From Ostrea edulis (taxonomy: Eukaryota), in the NCBI RefSeq assembly GCF_947568905.1, contig NC_079166.1:33170001-33234000 (forward strand): DNA of 64,000 nucleotides, written 5' to 3'. Positions 50,282-61,800 of the stretch are shown here, one piece after another (position 1 is the stretch's first letter; every line of letters begins with the position of its first letter). The notes below the pieces were generated by a model that was not told where the DNA came from, made no database searches, and was given only the letters and a program-made list of their open reading frames with translations. The translations under genes and the position numbers were made by a program.

Positions 50282-52641
50282 GTTTATCAGACGCGGTTCC
50301 CCTTCATTATACTGTGGTGGACCACTCCTTTGACTCTTTCTCAATGAGTTTCCATTTGTCGAGTTCGTTTTAAATATCGCAACACAGAGCATGCGCTTTA
50401 GGGTATTTTTTTCAATATCGAACGCTACTTTTTTCCCCGACAAATTTAGACTTTTTACTTTTAAATTGCTAGTCATCTTTCCCGATTATTACCAAAGCGG
50501 CTAAATCATTTTATGTTACATAACTTTCATCACCGACATATTGAAAATACATAAGAAATCCAATAACCTCTTGTGATTTTTTCTTTCGGTTCTGAAATCT
50601 ATTTTTCTTCATTGTAAACAATTTATGGCATATCAAATGTGATCAAAACGCCCCCCCCCCCCCCCCACACATATTTAACAGTTAATGCCTCTTAACTTAA
50701 TCTTTTAAATATCAGGCAATCTTTTCATTTTTGTATTGCTTTACCTGTTGCGCTGTTTTTAGTTGGTGTAACCATATCATTTTCCGTGTGTGTGTTAAAT
50801 TTTGCTATATATGATATCGCACCACATTTGAATATGCACGCGAGATATACACGGGTGGTATCGTAAATTTTAACCCTTAACCATTCCCTAGGGGGTGTGT
50901 CTAAGGTGGTTATATATTATGGATTACTATTTCTTTTCAAAGATTACAGAGATAGAATATTTTACCACTTCATTACTTTGTGAGAGTCCCATAAAACACA
51001 AAAAACAATGTGCAGAACTATTGGCATCAGGGTCACGCCATACTTCAGTGTAGTACCGTCTGGTCACTGTTTCCGTTACGTGTGATCCTGTACTATATCT
51101 TACAAAGGACCAAACAAACATATGTAGTTTTATTCTAATAGTCTCGTTTGAACGAAAGGGCTTGGTTCGGAATCAGAAAGGGGACATTAATTAACACATG
51201 CATTAATTGTATGTCTATGAATATCCCAGACATTTTTTTTATATTTTTTCTTAATTATACATAGTACATGTACATGTAACAGCTGTTTTGTTAAAGTCTT
51301 CTTTGCTGCATTCAATTAAAGTAAGGCATTTCAAATAGATCGTTGCACAATGCAATCGATTAGTTGAACAAGAAAGATTAAGTTAATTATTAAGTGAAAT
51401 TGACATTCATTCATAATTGATGAAAAGAAAGAGACTTAAAACTAATATTAAATTTTTGCATGGCAAACTTTCCTTAAATTTCGATCAATATAGATATGTA
51501 TATACACACAAGATTGGCCAAAAAAAAAATCGTTTCTTCAAATTCGGAATATAATCCATAATTCAAGCAAATAACAAGGCAATAGGCGATATACAAATTA
51601 ATTAAACCTATTGAAATCTGCAACCAGTCCTGTGCAGTTTGCTGTCGTTTAAGCCCACGGTAGTTTTGTACTCACTATTGTCTGTACTGTCAATATAATA
51701 TAATGTGTAAAAGGAATAAGCTCCTCGGCAATCAAAGGGGAAAACTAGGGGGTGGGGGAAGGGGCGGAAGAGAAATCGCTCTGTTCGTGCGTTCATGTTC
51801 CCGTGTTCACTTGGGATGGCATGTTGTACCTGTCAGAGGTTTTTAATGTTTTATTTGATCTATAAACAAACTTGATATGAAGTTATTCTTAAATTAAATG
51901 AAGTCAAAAGGTATTGATTGAAATCTCGCTCAAAATAGTAAATGCTGTAAATCAATAACAATCGATCTAGCGATGCTTTTTTCCCCTCAAACTTTCATCA
52001 CATGATTAAATACAGCCTTTTATAATAAATATATCTTGCTTACTTCACTCAAATGTTTGTCTTCTCACAAAAAATGCTGAATGGCTTACATCGTATGGTG
52101 GTGCAATTGATTAAAACACTGCCAAAATTTTATAGATGATTCAAGAGGGAAGAGCATTCACATGGGGGCATGCCAGACATCATTTTGTTTTTAACATGAA
52201 GCGATAATATTCATCTTATTGAAGTAAAAATGTAAATTCAAATGGAGATACATTTCTTTCATGTCCAGTCACTACCGTATTTTGGCTTAAATAAAACATA
52301 CAAGTTTCTTCATTTACAAAACCAGGCCTGGCATATTCGCCATTTGCGTTAAAAAGATTTTAAATATCATTTGTGTTGTAAGGCTTCCAGAATTTTATTC
52401 TACTTCTCGAAAAATTTTGGCATTATTAATATTTGTACCTTGCTATACAATGTTCAGTAAATACAGGGGTGTAGTTTAACTCCATATATTCACATGTTCA
52501 ATTTTTTTTAAAATTAGGCCTTACTACCTGATAACATATCATTTTTGTAATAAAAATGCCCTGAGAAGCATAAAAGGAATTTGATAAACTTTGATTATAA
52601 CAACATTTAAAAAATATACAAATATTTCCCCTATACATGTG

Positions 52642-52700
<59 letters not shown>

Positions 52701-52863
52701 GACTCTAAAAGTGCGATGGTCTGCGTCAAAGTGCGATGGTTTGTTAACGTTACGGACACCAAAGTGCGATGATATATTGTACGATTTTCATGTTCCACAT
52801 GCAAAATTTACGTACCAACAACTATCCAAACAAAACACAGTTATGTAATATTTTATTCAGAAG

Positions 52864-55819
52864 TTATAGTTTCGGCTCTGTGAATCGATGCACATCCTCT
52901 GCTAGTTCTAAAGCCCGGATCGTTCTGGTTTTCATTCCCTCGTCTATTTGACCACTGTTAACTTCCTCCATAAACATGTAGAAGTCCTTCATGAACAAGC
53001 CTGCATAACAAGGGGAAGCATAAGAATCCTCCAAAACCGAGATCAAGTCACATAGCACTTCGCATTTACATCTTTCATTTTATACTAGTCTACCGTTACA
53101 TTCATCGTCGGAAACCCACGGCTGATTACGCTTCGTTCCTCTGATGGAGAGAAGAATGAAACGTAATCAGTCGTGGGTTTCCGACGATGCGTTACCTTCT
53201 TAAAAATACTTTTCAAAATACTGTAAACAGCCTTGTTTTTCGCTGTAGATTAATTTTCGCGGTAGACCAAATAACCGTGGGATTAAAACCACAATGAATA
53301 GGACAATCCAGAACATTCATATCGCAGTGAAAATTAAAGCCATGAATTCAAACTTGAATTTCGACAAGAAACCCTGAATAGAACCAAGAGGGAATTTAAA
53401 GATGTATACAGTTATCGGTTAGTAGAGAGTTGGGTACCCGGTTTAGCTCCTGGTGTTTTTGACGTTCTGAGGTTAAAATCACTCCCATCCTGTAGTTGAA
53501 AAGTGATGGATTTTTCTCTTCCTTTAAAATCTTTGGATCGATTAACTGTAATGGTGATTGTTCTGTTTTGAAAAAAAAAATCAAGTATCGTTTATTAGCA
53601 CCTGAGCAGTACTGAATGCATATGTTTGAAATAAAATCAAAGCATTCATTTTACATACTCAGTATATCACCTTTTGTCTGACGTCTCTAGTCTAGCTACA
53701 GCTTCAAAACTGGACTCCGTTTTACTCAAAGCTCCGCCTACTGCGTTCACGTCACCACATAAATGACAGGCGGATTCCACCAATGAAATGCTCCTTACAA
53801 AAGGAATCCCCGATTTATTATCCTCAACCCATCCATTATATCCTCCTGAAACAAAGAAAACATTCTAATGTAAATCTGTTTTCTTTGATATATAAAACAA
53901 GATGTTCTGAAAAAGTTTAGTTTTGTAAGCTATGTGCACAGTTGTATCTATAATTTCGGCTCATTTCAATATCCTTGGCTGATAGAAAAATAATTCATCC
54001 AGTCAGTCATATAAACCTCAGGATGGATAACCCAATGCTGTATAAAGTTAAAATGTGATGTGATCTTTTTTACCCCCCCCCCCCGAAAATGTATACCGAG
54101 TATGAAAAATAAAAGATCCACAAGGCGAGGGCATATCCCTAGCCTCGCAATGAGTGTTTGTACAAGATTTTCTATGAAGTCCCGTTGTAACCTTGACCTT
54201 TGATCCCGAAATTAATAGGGTTCTTCCTCTCTTGATAACAAAGTTACATGTGAAGTATCAAGTATCGAGAACAAAATGTGGTCTGCAGAGTTCCAATAAG
54301 CTTTTTCTATCAAGTCAACATAGTACATATGTAACCCTGCCCGTTGGTTCCCAAATCATTGGGTTCTTCCTCTCTTCATAATAAAGATATATGTGAAGTA
54401 AGAAATCAATCGAGCAAAGTCTGTGGCATGCAGAGTGTCTATAAGCTTAGCGTACGCGCACACACTCCCACATACTTACCCAACCACGATCGGTCCAGTT
54501 TCTATATCTCCTCTTGCAATGAATTGCGAGGGGATAATAACTCAAAAATGTCAATTTCCTTATTGTTGCAAAAGTTGTGAAACATAGATTTCGTCAAAAT
54601 TTTGAAAAACGACACAAAGTGCCATATTTGTGAAAGTAATATTGGTAACAAAACAGAATACTTTTTATGATGTATGGTAAAGTCGGTGAAATTATTTTAT
54701 GTTTACGTTACAAGTAAGTTCTCAATCCAAAATGAATTCGCTCGAATCTACTGTCAGACTTAAAATTAAGTATCTCTGACAGTTAAATGTTGTTCTTTGT
54801 TCTTCGGAATTATGACAAATTAACAAAACTAAGTTAAAGTTATACTATTGATAAATGCGGAAAGTGCATAAACACCATTCAGAAAAATTAAATAATTAAT
54901 TTACACATGTAATATACCTGGTATGTTAAATAGGATATACATGTCCATACATTACATTCATATTTATTTAATAAGCAATATTGTTGGTTTTCTATAGAAA
55001 TATTATCTAAATTATACTTCTTCTTGTTAACAATGCCTTCCGGGGTCCTTGATTGGTCAATAAAATATCTTGTATCATGCAGTGTACATACAGAATTACT
55101 ATTGAGATCTGTTGGGGAAAAAAATGGATGTTACACCGACCTCTCAGTGAAATGTCACAGTGCGTCCACGGAGTGCTGCAGCTCCCAAGACGTTCCTTGT
55201 AGTCGTTAATCAAACCGATGTTTTCCCCATGAAGAATAACCCCTAAATCGTGCAAACATTTCATTCAAGAATCATGTACATGGTACAGACACTGAAATAT
55301 GTGATTAAATTCGATTTACAGTAAAATTGACCGACTTGCCTTTCTTCTCCGCCAAATCAAAAAATTCTCTGGCAACATTTGACGACAAGGCCAAAGGAAA
55401 TTCACATAGAACGTGTTTCCCGCTCTCTAGACCTCTCCTGTTATAGACAGGCACACATATAAAAAACAAACGAACAAGAAACATCTGAATAAAAGTAATT
55501 CTATCTCTCTTTCTCCTATGTATACCTGACTTGCGGTTCATGCAGCTCGTTTTCTGTACAGACCAGAACAGCGTCAATGTCGGTTCTAGTAAAAACCTCG
55601 TCCTCCGTCAACTGTTGGGTCCCCTCAATCTCCAAAGTACGTCTTTACCAAAGCAAAAAAGTCCATACAATGTATTACTATACATGAATAAGTTATAATA
55701 AAATTGTGTATAAAGGAGTGTGAAAGATTGTTTTTAAAAATTGTCGGGTTTTTTTTTGGGGTGTGTGTATTTTTTTATTTTTTTTTACTTTTTCTGCTCA
55801 GTTTAATAAAAACGTTTAC

Positions 55820-55864
<45 letters not shown>

Positions 55865-55989
55865 GACACAAATCCTTTCAGACACCACAGTATGTCCTTG
55901 TGTGTTGTATATTGCAGTAGATCCCTGACACGAACACGTCCCGCGGTCCCCAGACCAATGACAGCAATCCCATACACCTTACTGTTCAT
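52864..55989 (-). CDS. BLVRA: Biliverdin reductase A-like oxidoreductase (Gfo/Idh/MocA family), about 293 aa
   Basis: Exons 55862-55989, 55526-55642, 55340-55437, 55141-55242, 53671-53845, 53438-53562, 52864-53000 (882 nt). Rossmann motif IAVIGLGTAG; GFVSRRTL, DAVLVCTENELHE, GKHVLCEFPLALS, GLFMKD and RALELAEDV match the BLVRA layout. An upstream ATG|gtaagg exon end at 56636-56638 may add one Met. Confidence 0.85.
53103..53189. mobile_element. 87-bp hairpin mini-MITE, TIR family of 45992-46671
   Basis: catcgtcggaaacccacggctgattacg ... cgtaatcagtcgtgggtttccgacgatg (28-bp arms, one G-T pair). Confidence 0.8.
54118..54540 (+). mobile_element. Helentron/HINE-type element
   Basis: Starts acaag, contains ccttgacctttga motifs and a twice-repeated gggttcttcctctct block, ends in hairpin ctcttgcaatgaattgcgaggggataa. 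Confidence 0.6.
55823..55860. repeat. (AG)n microsatellite abutting the BLVRA-like exon donor
   Basis: Direct reading; minus strand reads CCAG|gtctctctct... Confidence 0.98.
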
Positions 55990-56380
55990 CTGAATTCCAT
56001 AATGATAATTATTAGATTGTTCATCTGAATTCCATAACGATAATTTATTAGATTGTTCATCTGAATTCCATAACGATAATTTATTAGATTGTTCATCTGA
56101 ATTCCATAACGATAATTTATCGATTGTTCTCCAGAATTTCATGATATAAATATCATTAGATTGTTCATCTGAATTCCATAACGACGATAATCATTAAGTG
56201 GCTCATTTGAATTCCATAATAATATCATTAGGCGGCTCACAGGAACTTTATAACGATGATAATCATTATCACTATATCAGATGGTTCACCAGAATTCCAT
56301 TACAGTTACCTGGCTCATTTGAATTTCATATAATATCACTAGGTGGCTAACCATAATTTCATAACGATAATATTATTAGG
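55984..56380. repeat. ~36-bp minisatellite overlapping the BLVRA-like acceptor/start, decaying distally
   Basis: gttcatctgaattccat recurs at 55984, 56019, 56055, 56091, (56126) and 56163, with more diverged units to about 56380. Confidence 0.9.
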
Positions 56381-57124
56381 CATTGTGAAATTATTCGTAT
56401 AGCCTGGTACATAAAATAATTAAATGAATTATATTCCTAAAGCTTGATCGGACAGCAGTTTTTATTCATGACATAAACAGACCGCCTTAATTCAGTTTGG
56501 TTTCGTAATCGCTGTGCACACGAGTTGTAATGACTATAGGCCTATATAAGAATTGACAGAATTTATGAAATAGTCGTAATATTTATATTATACTAAGGAC
56601 CTTACAAATGACCATAAAACATTACTATGCCTTACCATATGCTTCTCACGTGACAATTTAACGTCTGTCAAGTTCTCAGTCCCAAGCACAGTCTCTGGTC
56701 CCAAGGCCACCTTAATAGGCAGATCACGTGCGTCGATGTGTCACATTAGAACTGAAGTTTAGGTATACTCCAGATGTTTTCAAATATCATCCTCGCTAGA
56801 ACGGCCAATGCAGTCTCCTCAAAACAACTTCAAGCAAATTAGACAGTGAACGAGCAACATCCGTGTATGATATGCCAGGAGGGTCAATATTTGATACAAT
56901 GCACGAATACTCAACGTCTCTAGTTGAATAAACCTTCAATGTTCATTGGCTAGTTTTTATCCCTCATTATGAATTCTACATGATTGGATTGTTGTATAAA
57001 CTGTGTATGTATATGTTTCATTGTGCAAACAAATTCATCGTCATTTAGTGAATTATAAATTAGAGTATTTCAGTGTACACATTGGTTCTTATGGTGTCTG
57101 GATAGGGCCATGTGCAATTTAACG

Positions 57125-57350
57125 CCAACACACAACACGCCGTCGCGCTATCACGCCGTCGCGCTAACACACAACACGCCGTCGCGCTATCACGCTAACA
57201 CCCGTCGCGCTATCACATAACACGCCGTGGTGCTATCACTCTAACACACCGTCGTGCTATCACGCTAACACACAACACGCCGTCGCGCTAATACACAACA
57301 CGCCGTCACGCTAATTTAATACGCCGTCGCGCAATCACACAACACGTCGT
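57125..57350. repeat. Degenerate ~21-bp CpG-rich tandem repeat
   Basis: Recurrent acacgccgtcgcgctatcac; related units at 57690-57830, partly inverted. Confidence 0.8.
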
Positions 57351-58895
57351 AGCGCCAAACTCCCCGTCGAGGCCTCATTACGTCACCTACGAATAGACCT
57401 CTCCTACGTGACGCAGCACAATATACAGATTTGTATATTGTGAGTCTGCGATTATCACGCAGGCAAATAACACTAAAGAAGTAGTTCGCAGTTAAACGTT
57501 TGAAGATATTGATATTAAGAGCATTAATATAAAAGTATGGATTTTATTTTAAACATAAATTATCAAAAGATCATTAAAACGTAGGGAGACTCTGTTCAAA
57601 TTACGGTGTAAAGTAATGAACTTGATGTTTACGTTCTTGTTTTGAAAGTTGTTTACGTTTGACGTTATGTTCATTCTAGTGGAAGTTTGGCCGTAGCGCT
57701 ATCACGCTATATACACAACACGCTGTTGTGCTGTCAAGCTAACACGCTGTCGTGCCATTGCGCTAATACACAATCGAACGGTGTGTTGTGTGTTAGCGTG
57801 ACAGTGCGACGGTGTGTTGTGTATTGGTGCCAATCTCGCAATACATGTGTATGTGAAGCTTGCGTAACGCGCCCTCTGGTGAGTAAGGTCTAGATCCGCC
57901 ACTGTTTGTGGGTTTAGTAACTTGTAAGTGGACTTGTACATGGACCTGAACTGGTAAATATTTTAAATCCTCTGAAGAGAAATCCTTGGTTTTCATGTTC
58001 AGTAAAAAATTCAACATCCCTTTTCATCCTCCTTCACTTTTGAGACACTCTAAATAAACATTGGTTTTTTGGATATTATCCCCCAGGTGTGCCCTATCAA
58101 AATACTTCTAAGTGCCCTTGACTTTTTGACCTACATGAATATAATGAGGATCATTCACAAATCATACAAACTCCTCATGTGAGATTTTATTGCTTAAGAT
58201 CAAATACTATTCGAAATATCATACGAAAATCACGGTGTTAGACAGACTGAAGTGGGAACAAATTATTCCAAAGCTGTCCATTAATTGAAATCACGCCCGT
58301 GACAGGTCCTTAAATATATCATTTTGGTTGCTTTTGCAATAAATTTTCATCACGATGCCCATTGCTAAGCGACAGAAAACTAATAATTTTGGGACTCTGA
58401 CAATGTACTGTTTGATTAATTTATAAATCTATACAACAATTACTTTAAATTATTGATTAGATTTTAATATTTTCAATTTCTGAGAATTGAGAAGGTGAGA
58501 TTTGGGCAATTTTTCCTTTGATACTCCTGAAATACTGTCTGAAAAGTATGACAGTCCCCTCAGTTTTCTCCGGCAGAGTCTGCATTGTCACATAAATAAG
58601 AGGGCTTCAAGTATACTGATGCAAAATAAAATGTAACACTGCATATTTAATCCTTTATTGGCACAAAACAAAATGAACACGCATGTTTATACATATACCT
58701 GTGTAAATGTGATTAGTCCAAGCAAGATCCGTGAAAGTACATAAAATTGCATTGTATCCCAATTCTGTCTCTATCTGGGTGGGACTGACATAACAAGAGA
58801 AAAAGCCATCAGATCAAATGATTCTAGTGTCCTTTGTCATCATATTTTTCTCTAGTATGCTTTCTCTACATGGACACCAACTATCACCATGGCTT

Positions 58896-61800
58896 TCACA
58901 ATGAGGCTGTCCTTGACACATTGTCAGTTTTCACTGTATAGTTGGCTAGGCTGCTGTGATATAATGGTTGACCAATCAATGTCTGGGAATTTGCAGATAA
59001 AATCTGAAACATAATGAATCGGACTGTATTGAAAACTATGATTTTTATGATAATGAAACATCTGAAAAATTTCTGTAAAAAAGTCCCTTATGATTTATCA
59101 CAAAATATGAAACTGTTGGCATTTTAAAAACTAGATTCCTAACTAAATGCATCTAAATTAAATAGATCTGATAACTATATACATAATTTTCCTATAATCA
59201 AAAAGTGCATAATGACTTGGGTACCTGGATTTTGTGGGGGTCAATCTTAAATGGTTTGAAAAACAATTACATTTTTAAACACTGTAAGTGCTACTAGTGT
59301 TTGAAATTTTTTGAAATTTTGTAACTATATTTACTTTAAGACTTGTTTGTACAGGGGCAGACATTAGAAAGACGTTGCGCAAACACCATGGAGACTCCAC
59401 TGGAATATCTCCCCATCTGCATCTTCTAATGAATATCAAAATTTCAACATCTTCCTAATAATTGGGGTACATACAGAGTATGTTCATCAGATCTTGTGAT
59501 TTTGTGATCAGAGAGTTATCGTTCTTTACTTTTAGTTCAGTTTCTCCTGTCAATGGAAGGTCTGATTTTATGAAGTATATCAATATCACGGATACAATTA
59601 GAATCAGAATACTATCATAGACAAGATTATGAACAACGCATAACTTACAATATTGATATCCATACCTTAACAACAACATAATCCCCAACAGTGATGTTCC
59701 TCGGATTGTCTCCCCTTTCACAACTCGGAATGGGATCACTTGGTATTACAACTTTAATGCTGCCATCATTTCTTCCCCATATATCCCTGCTAGACCTCTT
59801 GCTTGACTGAAAGAATGCAAACATGTTTGTTTTAAGATTTTCATGTAAAATCATTTTTAAAAAATCTATCCATTCTGATAAACTTGGATGTGCTTCAATT
59901 GCTTCTGAACAATGTGTTTCCTAATGCTTTTCCTAACATAATTATACGAACAAGTGAAGACAATAATCAGTGATCAATCTCATAGATCCTAAAATAAAAG
60001 ATACAAAATTAAGCAAAGGTGGGATCCAGGTGCCTTAAAGGAGTAAGCATCCCCTGTTGACTGGTCACACCTGTCGTGAGCCTTATATCTTGATCAGGTA
60101 AATGGAGTAATCTGTAGTCAAATACCGGTACCCTAAGTATATAAAGATTGGCCTAACAATTGGTATGAAACATGTCATACAGTATTTAACCCAGTAATAG
60201 CTTTGACTTGCAAATTGGATCATCATAACGACCATAGAATTTGTCAAATTTTGACTTTAAATGAGACTTTTGAAACCCTTGTAACATCAAATTATTTGTC
60301 AATAGCCTGCCTCAATTCAAAACTTGATCATACTCAGAACAGGCTTTCATGTATCGAATCAGTTGAGAAACATAAACATCATATGCAGGTATGTGATAAT
60401 GGAATATTGTTATATAAATATGGGAAGTTGATGATGGAGAAGCTGAAGTCAACTCGTTTGTCACAAAGTTGTGTTGTTAGTTTGCCAATGACACAACTTT
60501 GTTTCACTCACTATGACTGTTCAATGAGCATAACAAAAGTAAAGAGATCAAGTGAATGTTTTCTTGGCCAAAATTATATGAAAACAACTTTTTTTCATCA
60601 TAAAACACCAAATCTAAAATTACATAAATCTAGTGGTAAAAATCATATTTAGTGTATCCTGTAGAGATTGACGTAAAACAGTCTGAAGCTGAGTATCTTC
60701 CCCTCTAACCCTAAAGAAGATCTTGTTGTGAACCTTTGATTGGCTGAAGTATAAAATGTTTTGTATTTACCCCCTCTATCAGGATGAGTTGCTCTTGGCC
60801 AATCTGACTTTGGTTCAATCCCAGCATTCCCCTCCGAGAACATTCTATCACTTCATCGACTCGTCTACGCTTTACAGACTGCGGCACAGTGTCTTTCAAA
60901 CGATGGTAAGCATGAGTTTTCTGTAATGGAAATGAGGGGTGAATATGAAATTTCAAGGTGCGGTAATCAATATACTGTCACCTACTAGTATTCCCATAAA
61001 GAAAACGGGTTACATATCACAGCATGCACATATTCAAAGATGACAGTTTCATGGCAGACGGGAAGATTGATGTGAGATTGTTAAATATAAATACATGTAC
61101 CTGTCTCATGCTGTAAGCAAACTGGTATACATATCGGTATTGGACTTCCTCAATGAGTGACAGCGTATCTCGGTGATTCTCTTCCGTTTCCCCACAGAAT
61201 CCCACGATAAAGTCACTGCTTAAAGACACATCTAAAACAAAGCATAGTCACTGCTTAAAGTCACATCTAAAACAAAGCATAGAGTCACTGCTTAAAGACG
61301 CATCTAAAACAAAGAATAGAGTCACTGCTTAAAGACGCATCTAAAACAAAGCATAGTCACTGCTTAAAGACAAATCTAAAACAAAGCATAGTCACTGCTT
61401 AAAGACAAATCTAAAACAAAGCATAGTCACTGCTTAAAGACAAATCTAAAACAAAGCATAGTCACTGCTTAAAGACAAATCTAAAACAAAGCATAGTCAC
61501 TGCTTAAAGACAAATCCAAAACAAAGCATAGTCACTGCTTAGATATACAACTAAAAAAAAGCATAGGATCCCTGCTTACAAACACACGTTAAAATGAACA
61601 TAATTATACACAGTACATTGTATGACCTACTTTTGGGTTTTACTGACCTGGTATAATGTCTCTGATGTGATGAACTAAGTCTAGATAGGCTTCCCTTGTG
61701 TGTCTAAAACAAATGTCTGAGTCTGAGAACCGATCTAGTCATCAATAAGGAACTTATGTACTGTATCTTGTAACGTAATAGTATACTGCAATTCTCAAAC

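Noticed and set aside
50927-51796. Alternative first coding exons (MGLSQSNEV|, MPIVLH..|, MNARTER..)
   Set aside because: Weaker donors or wrong phase compared with ATG|gtaagt at 50279; they could still be non-coding 5' exons.
57793-58017. ORF and plus-strand donor-like ctg|gtgagt near 57879
   Set aside because: No homology or partner exons; resembles a repeat end (agtggcggatctaga on the minus strand).
8689-61564. Regular short-repeat arrays as possible CRISPR arrays
   Set aside because: Units are head-to-tail with no unique spacers, there are no cas genes, and the context is spliceosomal eukaryotic genes.
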